Assembly: GCA_028678885.1 (NCBI GenBank)
Contig: JAJRCP010000022.1
Span: forward strand, 1-25,324
Reading direction: 5' to 3'
Source: Methanomicrobiales archaeon
GTDB lineage: Archaea > Halobacteriota > Methanomicrobia > Methanomicrobiales > JACTUA01
DNA length: 25,324 bases
The notes beneath the pieces were generated by a model, which did no database searches, was not told the DNA's origin, and saw only the letters and a list, made by a program, of their open reading frames with translations. This document shows, one piece after another, positions 8,105 to 16,478 of the stretch (position 1 is its first letter; every line of letters begins with the position of its first letter). The translations under genes were made by a program, and so were the position numbers.

Positions 8105-10918
8105 CTACCCTGTACAATGCGATGCCGCAGACAAAATAAATTCACGTATCTTGGATTCCGGAATACCCGTCGATTCTGCGAGCTTGCGAGGATCTGCCTT
8201 CACCAGATCTTCACACCCGATTATACCTGCATAATAGAGTCTTTCCAGCATGCCATCACCAAGACCAGGAAGAGAGAGAAGTCCTGTACGACCCCGTTCT
8301 ACCACAGCATTGGAGAATTTACTGGGCACCTTCCTACCAATAAATGTACAGGTTTTTTCCATATGCCGCATCACCGTATCCAGCGAAAGTCCTGTCCTGT
8401 GACTCACATATACTGGAGGTAAGTTACAGAGTTCCTCTGGGGCCTGAATATTCGCTTCCATGTATTTTTTCCTGCTCGCAGCTGGAATTCCAATATCCCT
8501 GAAGATGCGATCATTGCATAGTTTCTTTCCTTCTGCGAGGAGAACCTCCGCCTCCTTCTCACTAATTCCAGTTACTTTCAGGGCCGCGGGTTCTGTATGA
8601 GCAAGCGATCGAACGTCATTTATCCCTGCTGCATACATACGGGTCATGATCTCGGTCTGCTTTCTGCCGCGACGGGGGGGAAGGTGGTTTCGGACAAACT
8701 TCCGGAGGTCAGAGCGTTTCCGGAGAAGGACGAGTGCTTCCTGAGCTTCAACAATAAGGCGCTCCGCTTCGATGGGTGTGAGCCCTAGAAGCGTGGCAAG
8801 CCTCTCCCCTCCCATACCGGTGAGATCCGTGACGGTGTAGACATGCCGGGCGTGCAACCTAGAGAGAATAGACTCATTCATCATGGGAATCAATCGGAGA
8901 CTCTCCGTATGCGAGGCGATGTGCGTGCAGAGAGCGCACCCGATCTCCCAGGGGCGTACGCCCTTCCGTATCAGCCGTACATGGTGGAGGCTATGGTCCG
9001 GGCAGATCGTTTCAGTCCGCACTGCCTTTCCCCACTGCATTCCGGGGAGATTAATATTGAAGGTGCAGCGGGGATAACCGGAACAACCTATAAATTGGCC
9101 GCTACCCTTCATCTGCCGGATGCGAAGTGTGCCACCGCAGACGGGACAGGTCCCCAAGGCATGTTCCTCCGCGATTTTCTCTCGGATTTCTTCTCCGATA
9201 TCCTCCCGATGCTCCTCCAGTTCCTGAAAGATCTCCTGAAGCATGTACCGTGATTCTTCGGCTACGTCCTTGCGGGTACGTTTCTTCTCCTTGATCTGCT
9301 GCATGTGGGAGTCCAGTGTCTGAGTCATCTCCGGTTTGGTAATGGTGTCTGCATAATCTTCCAGGGCATCGATAACCGCCCGACCCACGAGAGTAGGCCG
9401 GACTGGATTTCCCTGTATGTATCGGCGTGATAGCAGTTTTCCCACCACTTCGTGGCGGGTACTTTTTGTTCCGAGCCCGAGTTCCTCCATCCGCTGGATG
9501 AGCCGGCTCTGGCTGTACCGTGGCGGGGGCTGGGTCTCTTTTGCATCCAGGATTACATCTTTTAGAGGCAGGGTGGACCCTTCCAGCAGGGAAGGGATTG
9601 GATCCTCCTGTGCCTCACTGAATAGATAGACCTTTCTCCAGCCTGGTTCCAGGAGACGACTTCCGTTGGCAATGTAGGGTTCCTCACTGGCGCGGAGGCA
9701 GACTTTCATCATTTTCCATCGCGCGTCAGGAGAGAGAGTGGCGAGGAACCGTCGGACCACGAGCTCATAGACCCGCCATCGGTCCTCCCCAAGCTCCTGA
9801 CGAGATGCTTGTCCGGTTGGGTGGATGGGCGGGTGATCTGTGCTCTCCTTCTTCCCATGGGTGGGAGAGGACCGGCGATGCTCTTCTACCCAGCGTACAT
9901 CAGAACCAAACTCTGTCTTCCGGAGGGTACGGAGAATTGCAGAGATATCGAGTGTTTTGGGGTACAGGGTATTATCGGTACGCGGGTAGGAGATGTACCC
10001 GTTCATATACAGATCTTCGGCGATCTGCATCGCTTTTCCCGCCCCGAAACCGATTCTTCCCGCGGCTACAATGAAAGCAGTCGTATCGAAGGGTGCAGGG
10101 GGACGATCCAGCTTCTCTGATTCTTTTATCTCGGTTACCACCAGGGGTGCATAGGTGCGATTCCGTGCCGCTATCGCCTCCTCTTCCTGAGTGAATCGAC
10201 CATGGGCATGCTCTACCTCAAACACAATCCGGTCCTTCTCCGTCACGCAGCGAAGATTCCAATAGGGTTCCGGGATAAACGACTCGATCTCCTTTTCGCG
10301 GTCAACAATCATGGCGAGCGTGGGACTCTGGACGCGGCCAACAGAAAGAATATTGGTACCCCCCCGTCGTGCGGCAAGGCTGATGAACCGGGTCAGAGAT
10401 GCACCCCAGACAAGATCGATCTCCTGACGGGCTTCACCAGCTGCCGCAAGAGCGAGATCCAGAACCGAGGGCTGCTGAAAAGCATGCAAGATCTCCTGAG
10501 GAGTAATCGCGCTAAACCGCGCCCGGAGCATCGGGACTCGCTTGTTCCCTGACCGGATAATCTCACATGCCTCCTTTCCGATCAGTTCACCCTCAGTATC
10601 ATAATCAGTAGCGATGGTGACTAGGTCGGCTTTCTTCCCCAGTTTTCTGATCAAGTCGACAATCTTCTTCTCAGTGACCTTCTTCACAATGGGAGCGTCA
10701 ATCAGGCTCCGGGGCGTATACTCTTTACTCCTCCAGTCCGCGTATTCAGGAAGAAAGTCCACATCCACTACATGTCCTTTCAATCCTACGACGACGGTAT
10801 CTTCGAATATGTAGGTTGGAACTCCTCCCTCCTTTCCCATCCGCAGATTTTTCTCACCAGACAAAATCTGGGCGATACGGTGTGCCGCGATATTCTTCTC
10901 TGCGATGATCAGATGCAC
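8105..10918 (-). CDS. topA: Type IA DNA topoisomerase with zinc ribbons and a long C-terminal HhH-repeat extension
   Basis: TOPRIM motifs IIAEK and ATDYDTEGE, SVGRVQSPTL, catalytic GYISYPRTD, HPPIHPT and GLGTKSTR. Zinc ribbons are CPVC..FIGCSGYPRC and CPDH..CALC. It uses a GTG start 2 nt after the gatB stop. Confidence 0.97.
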   Translation of the reverse strand: MHLIIAEKNIAAHRIAQILSGEKNLRMGKEGGVPTYIFEDTVVVGLKGHVVDVDFLPEYADWRSKEYTPRSLIDAPIVKKVTEKKIVDLIRKLGKKADLVTIATDYDTEGELIGKEACEIIRSGNKRVPMLRARFSAITPQEILHAFQQPSVLDLALAAAGEARQEIDLVWGASLTRFISLAARRGGTNILSVGRVQSPTLAMIVDREKEIESFIPEPYWNLRCVTEKDRIVFEVEHAHGRFTQEEEAIAARNRTYAPLVVTEIKESEKLDRPPAPFDTTAFIVAAGRIGFGAGKAMQIAEDLYMNGYISYPRTDNTLYPKTLDISAILRTLRKTEFGSDVRWVEEHRRSSPTHGKKESTDHPPIHPTGQASRQELGEDRWRVYELVVRRFLATLSPDARWKMMKVCLRASEEPYIANGSRLLEPGWRKVYLFSEAQEDPIPSLLEGSTLPLKDVILDAKETQPPPRYSQSRLIQRMEELGLGTKSTRHEVVGKLLSRRYIQGNPVRPTLVGRAVIDALEDYADTITKPEMTQTLDSHMQQIKEKKRTRKDVAEESRYMLQEIFQELEEHREDIGEEIREKIAEEHALGTCPVCGGTLRIRQMKGSGQFIGCSGYPRCTFNINLPGMQWGKAVRTETICPDHSLHHVRLIRKGVRPWEIGCALCTHIASHTESLRLIPMMNESILSRLHARHVYTVTDLTGMGGERLATLLGLTPIEAERLIVEAQEALVLLRKRSDLRKFVRNHLPPRRGRKQTEIMTRMYAAGINDVRSLAHTEPAALKVTGISEKEAEVLLAEGKKLCNDRIFRDIGIPAASRKKYMEANIQAPEELCNLPPVYVSHRTGLSLDTVMRHMEKTCTFIGRKVPSKFSNAVVERGRTGLLSLPGLGDGMLERLYYAGIIGCEDLVKADPRKLAESTGIPESKIREFILSAASHCTG

Positions 10919-10920
10919 AA

Positions 10921-12345
10921 TTACACTTCCGTCTCCTTACCCGCGATCAGGGCCTCCAGGATTGCACCGAGTTCCCTGGGATCGGCCCGGCCCTTCGTTT
11001 TCTTCATCAGCTGTCCGACAAGAAAATTAAGTGCTCCTTTCTTCCCCTTCCGGTAATCCTCAATGGCAGTCGGGTTGTTCGCGATCACCTCTTTTGCGAG
11101 GTGAAGAAACTCATTTCCAGCGGTTTTTCCCAGATTCAGCCTCTCAACAATGGCGGAAGGGTATTCAACCGGCTTCTTTCCTGCTACCTCATCAAGCAGG
11201 ATACGTAGTACGTCCACGCCACCCTTGCCTGTGATACTGCCTTTCTTCAGCAGTTCCAGGAGTTCGATAAATTGCGAGATTGGGACATCTCCGATACCGA
11301 TATCGCGGTAGTATAGCTCCCCAAGAAGGGTATCCGCGATCCAGGTCGCGGTGAGTACCGGATCTACCCGAGCGACCTTTTCATACAGATCGGCAAGCCG
11401 TAGATCGCCCGTCAGAGTGCGGGCATGATTGAGGGAGATGCCATATTGGATCATGAAACGATCCTTCCGAGCTGAGGGAAGTTCTGGGAGGGGAATATAT
11501 TCCACCCAGTCACGAACCCGCAGAGGGCGGAGGTCTGGTTCGGGAAAATATCGATAATCCTGTTCCATTTCTTTACTCCGGGAGGAGGTAGTGATACCGC
11601 GTGCCTCCATGAAATGACGGGTCTCTCGGTCGATGGTCTGGTTGCGCCGTATAAGGCTCTTCTGGCGGGTGATCTCAAAGGTAAGGGCTTTCTCCACTCC
11701 TTTGTAGGAGGAGATATTTTTGATCTCCACACGCGAGTATCCTTCCATGGATATGTTCGCATCCACCCGCAGTGATCCCTCACGGTCTCCATCAAAGACA
11801 CGGAGGTATTCGAGGGTCGCCCGGAGAATGTTTAACAGCCGCCGCGCTTCCTGGGGTGAGCGCAGATCTGGCTCGGTAACGATCTCGAGCAGGGGTATTC
11901 CACTACGATTATAATCTACAAGTGAGTAGCGGGGGCGGTCTCCACCCCCCATGTGAACCAGCCTGCCTGGATCTTCCTCAAGATGTACTCGGGTGATCCG
12001 TATCTGTTTCTCCTCATCATCTCCCTCAATCTCGATATAGCCGTTCACTCCTAGAGGCCGGTCATACATCGTAATCTGAAATCCCTTAGGAAGATCGGGG
12101 TAAAAGTAATTTTTCCGAGCGAACTCTGCCTCCTCGCATACCTCGCAATGAAGTGCCTTTGCCACTTTGAGCGCATACTCCACAGCCTTTCTGTTAATTC
12201 GGGGCAAAGAACCGGGAAGACCCATACAAACCGGGCAGACGTGCGTGTTGGGCCCGTCATTTCGGTAATCCGTGGAGCACCCGCAGAAAAGTTTAGAGGC
12301 AGTGGAAAGCTGCGTATGGATCTCCAGGCCGATGATAACTCCCAT
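10921..12345 (-). CDS. gatB: Asp-tRNA(Asn)/Glu-tRNA(Gln) amidotransferase subunit B
   Basis: IGLEIHTQL, KLFC, RKNYFYPDLPKGFQIT, HLEEDPG, DYNRSGIPLLEIVTEPD, LRVDANIS, YRYFPEPDL and a C-terminal YqeY-like domain (FLVGQLMK). Confidence 0.98.
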   Translation of the reverse strand: MGVIIGLEIHTQLSTASKLFCGCSTDYRNDGPNTHVCPVCMGLPGSLPRINRKAVEYALKVAKALHCEVCEEAEFARKNYFYPDLPKGFQITMYDRPLGVNGYIEIEGDDEEKQIRITRVHLEEDPGRLVHMGGGDRPRYSLVDYNRSGIPLLEIVTEPDLRSPQEARRLLNILRATLEYLRVFDGDREGSLRVDANISMEGYSRVEIKNISSYKGVEKALTFEITRQKSLIRRNQTIDRETRHFMEARGITTSSRSKEMEQDYRYFPEPDLRPLRVRDWVEYIPLPELPSARKDRFMIQYGISLNHARTLTGDLRLADLYEKVARVDPVLTATWIADTLLGELYYRDIGIGDVPISQFIELLELLKKGSITGKGGVDVLRILLDEVAGKKPVEYPSAIVERLNLGKTAGNEFLHLAKEVIANNPTAIEDYRKGKKGALNFLVGQLMKKTKGRADPRELGAILEALIAGKETEV

Positions 12346-13634
12346 TATCCACCTTTCTTCGTCGTTTGTTCGTATGCGTAGGCCGCATCAATCACCCGTT
12401 CCTCATCATAGTATCTCCCTATCAGCTGAAGACCGGTAGGGAGACCATGCACGTTCTCGCAGGGGACGGAGATCGCGGGCACACCCGCAAGATTCGCAGG
12501 TACGGTTAGGATATCGGCAAGGTAACTGGAAAGCGGATCGCTCTTTTCTCCCAAACGAAATGCGACGGTGGGCATGGTAGGTCCCGCGATGAGGTCCACC
12601 ATAGTGAAGAGCCGGGCGAAATCGGCCCGTACGTTTTCTCTGGCCGTTTGGGCCTTTAGATAGTACTTGCCATAATAACCAGAGGAAAGAGCGAAAGTTC
12701 CGAGCATAACCCTCCGTCGAACTTCCTTTCCAAATCCTTTCTGCCGCACTTCCTGGAAGGCCTGATGCCAGTGCTTTCGGAAATCATCAGCGAGGCCATA
12801 GCGCACCCCATCATACCGGCCTAGGTTGGAGCTAGCTTCCGACATGCACGTAGTATAGTAGGCAGAGAGTGCATACTGCATGCTAGGCATACTGCACGGG
12901 ACGGTTTCCGCACCCTGTTCTTCCAGCCGTTCCACTGCACGATAGACCGTTGCCGCCACCCGATGGTCAACCCCCTCACCAAAAAATTCTTCCGGAAGAC
13001 CAATACGCACACCCTGAATATTGGGGTCCGGCGCATGATCATAGGGTTTTGGTACAGCCGTGGAATCTCGTGAATCATAGGCACTGATCACATTCAGTAA
13101 CAGGGCCACATCCTCAACTGAGCGTGCCATCGGACCGATCTGCTCAAGTGAGTTTGCATAGGCAATGAGTCCATAGCGGGAGACACGACCGTACGTGGGT
13201 TTCAGCCCCACAATCCCGCAGAATGCTGCAGGACAACGTATGGAACCACCGGTATCTGTTCCAAGTGCGAGGCGTACCATCCCTGCAGCCACCGCGGCAC
13301 CACTTCCTCCCGAGGAGCCACCAGGTACTCTGGATGTATCCACGGGATTCAATGTCGGCCCATATGCGCTGTTTTCGGTAGTATTCCCCATCCCAAACTC
13401 ATCCATATTCGTCTTTCCGACGATGATCGCGCCCTCTGCGAGCACCCTGTCCACTGCAAAGGCATTATAAGGTGGGATGTACCCTTCGAGGATTCGGGAA
13501 CCACAGGTGGTAGGAATTCCTCTCGTGGAGATATTATCTTTGATCGCGATCGTATATCCGGAGAGCCTGCCTTCACCCTTCTTTTCGGGTTCACATTGGG
13601 TAATGAAAGCATTGTACGGGTCGGGAAAACCCAT
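12345..13634 (-). CDS. gatA: Asp-tRNA(Asn)/Glu-tRNA(Gln) amidotransferase subunit A
   Basis: Amidase signature: IAIKDNI (Lys), GKTNMDEFGMG, PGGSSGGS (cis-Ser), GTDTGGSIRCPA (Ser nucleophile), EASSNLGRYDG and EVRRRVMLGT. Confidence 0.98.
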   Translation of the reverse strand: MGFPDPYNAFITQCEPEKKGEGRLSGYTIAIKDNISTRGIPTTCGSRILEGYIPPYNAFAVDRVLAEGAIIVGKTNMDEFGMGNTTENSAYGPTLNPVDTSRVPGGSSGGSGAAVAAGMVRLALGTDTGGSIRCPAAFCGIVGLKPTYGRVSRYGLIAYANSLEQIGPMARSVEDVALLLNVISAYDSRDSTAVPKPYDHAPDPNIQGVRIGLPEEFFGEGVDHRVAATVYRAVERLEEQGAETVPCSMPSMQYALSAYYTTCMSEASSNLGRYDGVRYGLADDFRKHWHQAFQEVRQKGFGKEVRRRVMLGTFALSSGYYGKYYLKAQTARENVRADFARLFTMVDLIAGPTMPTVAFRLGEKSDPLSSYLADILTVPANLAGVPAISVPCENVHGLPTGLQLIGRYYDEERVIDAAYAYEQTTKKGG

Positions 13635-13903
13635 TACATCACCCGTGGCGCCCTGATGAACCCTCCTTCGGTGCCGGGCGCGTTCCTGGTGATCTCTTCC
13701 TGGGACAGGGCGGGGATTATTTCATCCTCCCGCCAGATATTGCACTCTGGGATCCGCTGGCATTCCTGTTCAGGCACCTGGTCGAGAAGATCAAAATAAT
13801 CAAGAATTTCATTGAATTGATGGGTAAACTCATCCAATTCCTCCGACGCGATTCCGATATCTGCCAGTTCTGCAATATGCTGCACATCCAGTCTTGTGAT
13901 CAT
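13634..13903 (-). CDS. gatC: Asp-tRNA(Asn)/Glu-tRNA(Gln) amidotransferase subunit C
   Basis: 89 aa with VQHIAELADI, ILDYF, WRED and GFIRAPRV, directly coupled to gatA by a TAATG overlap. Confidence 0.95.
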   Translation of the reverse strand: MITRLDVQHIAELADIGIASEELDEFTHQFNEILDYFDLLDQVPEQECQRIPECNIWREDEIIPALSQEEITRNAPGTEGGFIRAPRVM

Positions 13904-14889
13904 TACGAGCTCTCCACACGATGATGTATGTATTCTTGTACACCGTTTTTATAACCATTATTCCTGGCAAGCCTCCGGAGGATGCGCTGGATCCCGCTCC
14001 CATATTGCATCGCTTTCTTTTCTTGGTATGCGATTTCTTGAGGTAAAAAGCGGGAGGCAATCTCTCTCAGTGGTCTTTTCCGCACACCCCCCGATATTTT
14101 ATACAGGGCTGAAATGGCCCGGGCAGCGCGCACTACCCGTACGTCCAAGTATGGGAGAGAGAAATAGGTATGAAACAAGGTAGCAATCGCTTGGTCTCGC
14201 TCGAGCTGTAGAGGGATTGCTGAAAAGTCCCGCAGGAGTTCCCCCTCCAGATCAGTGCTTTTTTCGTAACGGGCATAACCCCCGAATAGCTCATCCGCCC
14301 CTTGACCGGAGAGGATGCGGGTGTACCCCCCTTCACCCGCCCATTCGGCGATAAAAAAAAGTGTAGTTGCGATCGATACCTCAGTTACGGTGTTCCTCGG
14401 GATAGAGGAGATAACGAGGGGCAGGATCTCATCCACGTACCGATCGGTCACGACTACCTGCTCCAGAGGGATGTCGAGCTCAGTTGCAACGAGAGCTGCT
14501 CCTCGCAGGTCATGTGATCCCTCCTCTCCCACCACCACCGCAGGAAGGTGCGCAAGAGCCGCGATCAGGGAGGAGTCAACCCCACCTGACAAAGCCACTA
14601 CCCCTTCATCTGCACGAAGGTAGATCGCGATGCGGATGGCTTCTTCCAGTTCCATATCGGATGCCGTGGGCCTGACCGGAAGGGGATCTTCTCCCTCCCG
14701 CGACAGGGTTCCAGCTTGTACCGTCCCTGGTAGAATCCCGAATTGATCCCGGGCTTTCCATCCATTCCATTCGAGGTAAAATTCACCTCCACAGAAAGTG
14801 ATAAAGAGGGGATCCCATTCCAGTAGGAGGCGCAGATCTGAGGGAGGGATACGGATACCCTCCCTCTCCACCCATCCCCTCAACTGCAT
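13903..14889 (-). CDS. Asparagine synthase-related N-type ATP pyrophosphatase lacking an intact glutaminase domain
   Basis: PP-loop LSGGVDSS, SGQGADELFGGY, RDQAIA, LPYLD, KRPLR and KKAMQYGSG. There is no N-terminal MCGI, and only about 78 aa precede the synthetase domain. Confidence 0.85.
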   Translation of the reverse strand: MQLRGWVEREGIRIPPSDLRLLLEWDPLFITFCGGEFYLEWNGWKARDQFGILPGTVQAGTLSREGEDPLPVRPTASDMELEEAIRIAIYLRADEGVVALSGGVDSSLIAALAHLPAVVVGEEGSHDLRGAALVATELDIPLEQVVVTDRYVDEILPLVISSIPRNTVTEVSIATTLFFIAEWAGEGGYTRILSGQGADELFGGYARYEKSTDLEGELLRDFSAIPLQLERDQAIATLFHTYFSLPYLDVRVVRAARAISALYKISGGVRKRPLREIASRFLPQEIAYQEKKAMQYGSGIQRILRRLARNNGYKNGVQEYIHHRVESS

Positions 14890-16220
14890 AAAGGAGAGAG
14901 TTTTTTAATAAGGGCGTCGACCTGCGCGACACTGGTACCAAGGTAATGGTCCGGTTCCATCAGATGAAGCAGTTCTTCATGGGAAACGTATGATGCAATT
15001 GTGCGATCCGCAGAGAGAACGTCTGCCAAGTGTTGTTCTTGCTCAAGTGCTTGCATGCTCGCGATCCGCATCCGTTCATGGGCGTCCTGACGATTCATCC
15101 CCAAGCGGGTAAGCTCGATCATCACCGCTTCCGCCATGGTGACACCATGGAGAAGTTCCAGATTCTTTTGCACATTTCTGCGATGGATGGTCAAACCTGA
15201 GAGCACTCGTATCATGACTGCAAGGATATGATCGGTAAGAATCGAAGTTTCCGGAAAAAGCACACGTTCTGCAGAAGAATTAGTCAGATCCCGTTCATCC
15301 CAGAGGGTATTATTCAATAACGCAGGTTCCACGGAGCTTCGGATGACACGGGCGAGACCAGAGACCTGTTCGCTCTTCACCGGGTTCCGCTTGTGGGGCA
15401 TAGTACTTGATCCCACCTGTTTCTTCCCGAAAGCTTCTTCCACCTCTCCGATCTCAGTCCGCTGGAGAGTGCGGATTTCGATCGCTATTTTATCCAATGT
15501 GGTGGCAATGGTGGCGCACAGCATGAAATATTCTGCATACCGGTCCCTCTGGATAAGCTGGTTCGATACATCCACCGGTGTAAGTCCAAGCAGTTTCATC
15601 ATACTTCTCTGTATCTCCACCCCTTTTTCCCCGATAGCTGCTTGGGTTCCAACAGCCCCCGTTAGTTGTCCAACCTCGATTCTCGGGCGGAGATCCCGGA
15701 GTCGCTGGATATGGCGACTCGTCTCACTCGCCCAGATGGCAAACCGGAGCCCGTATGTGGTGGGCACACCGATCTGGCCATGTGTACGACTTGCACATAC
15801 GAGAGTCTTGGTCTCTTCTGCGCGATCCAACAGCACCCTCAGGAGATCGAGAAGCTTTTCCTCAAGAAGCGTTAGACAATCTTTCAGCTGCAGTCCGGTT
15901 GCCGTGTCAAGGATATCATTCGAGGTGGCACCATAATGCACCCATCGACCAGCCTCTCCTGTCCTCTCGGTGATGGCGCGAACGATTGCCATCATGTCAT
16001 GCCCGATCTCCCCTTCAATCTCTTTTGCCCGTTCTAGGGTCGCCTCTGTGGCACCACGTGCAATCTCCTCTGCAGACTCGCGGGTGATCAGGCCATGAAT
16101 CGCCTCTGCCCGGGCGAGCGCGACTTCCACGGTTACGATGCTAGAGAACCGTTGTTCCTCGCTCCATATTTTCCTCATCTCCGGTGTCCCATACCGGAAT
16201 TCGATGGGATGGATTGCCAT
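14880..16220 (-). CDS. purB: Adenylosuccinate lyase
   Basis: The start is reassigned to ATG 16220 (MAIHPIEFRYGTPEM). Motifs are HDMMA, VHYGATSNDILD, RTHGQ, GAVGT and the signature GSSTMPHKRNP, then ERDLTNSSAER. Confidence 0.97.
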   Translation of the reverse strand: MAIHPIEFRYGTPEMRKIWSEEQRFSSIVTVEVALARAEAIHGLITRESAEEIARGATEATLERAKEIEGEIGHDMMAIVRAITERTGEAGRWVHYGATSNDILDTATGLQLKDCLTLLEEKLLDLLRVLLDRAEETKTLVCASRTHGQIGVPTTYGLRFAIWASETSRHIQRLRDLRPRIEVGQLTGAVGTQAAIGEKGVEIQRSMMKLLGLTPVDVSNQLIQRDRYAEYFMLCATIATTLDKIAIEIRTLQRTEIGEVEEAFGKKQVGSSTMPHKRNPVKSEQVSGLARVIRSSVEPALLNNTLWDERDLTNSSAERVLFPETSILTDHILAVMIRVLSGLTIHRRNVQKNLELLHGVTMAEAVMIELTRLGMNRQDAHERMRIASMQALEQEQHLADVLSADRTIASYVSHEELLHLMEPDHYLGTSVAQVDALIKKLSPLCS

Positions 16221-16478
16221 GCAGATCATGTTGATGCGAGGGATAAAAGAGATACCGAGAGTTACTGAGGATAGGACAGTCCTGATGAAAGAGTTTATTC
16301 TGTTAGGATCGCCTACCAAATCGCCGAGATAAATAAATTCCTGATTTGTAAGAAAATTCTCATCAAATCTCTGTGGAGTCCCCTACCTGTGGGCACAGTG
16401 CTGGAAAGATCCATTTCTTGTCCCGATCCTGTGCAAGAAAGGATACAACCATGCTTCACGGAGACACACCGGAAATAA

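Noticed and set aside
8105-10918. Possible intein explaining the 937-aa TopA, and intein sites in PolB
   Set aside because: I found no C/S...HN splice junctions or LAGLIDADG motifs. The extra TopA length is C-terminal repeats, and PolB motif A continues uninterrupted.
15343-15936. Long antisense ORFs (197 aa opposite purB; 242 aa at 22035-22763 opposite pyrD; 170 aa at 5416-5928 opposite thrS)
   Set aside because: They lie wholly or almost wholly opposite conserved genes and have low-complexity Ser/Pro/Arg-rich translations typical of antisense shadows.
16282-16344. CTGATGA followed by CCGA and CTGA, suggesting a hammerhead core or a box C/D sRNA
   Set aside because: There is no stem II plus GAAA for a hammerhead. 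For a C/D RNA the internal spacing is lopsided and there is no credible C' box.
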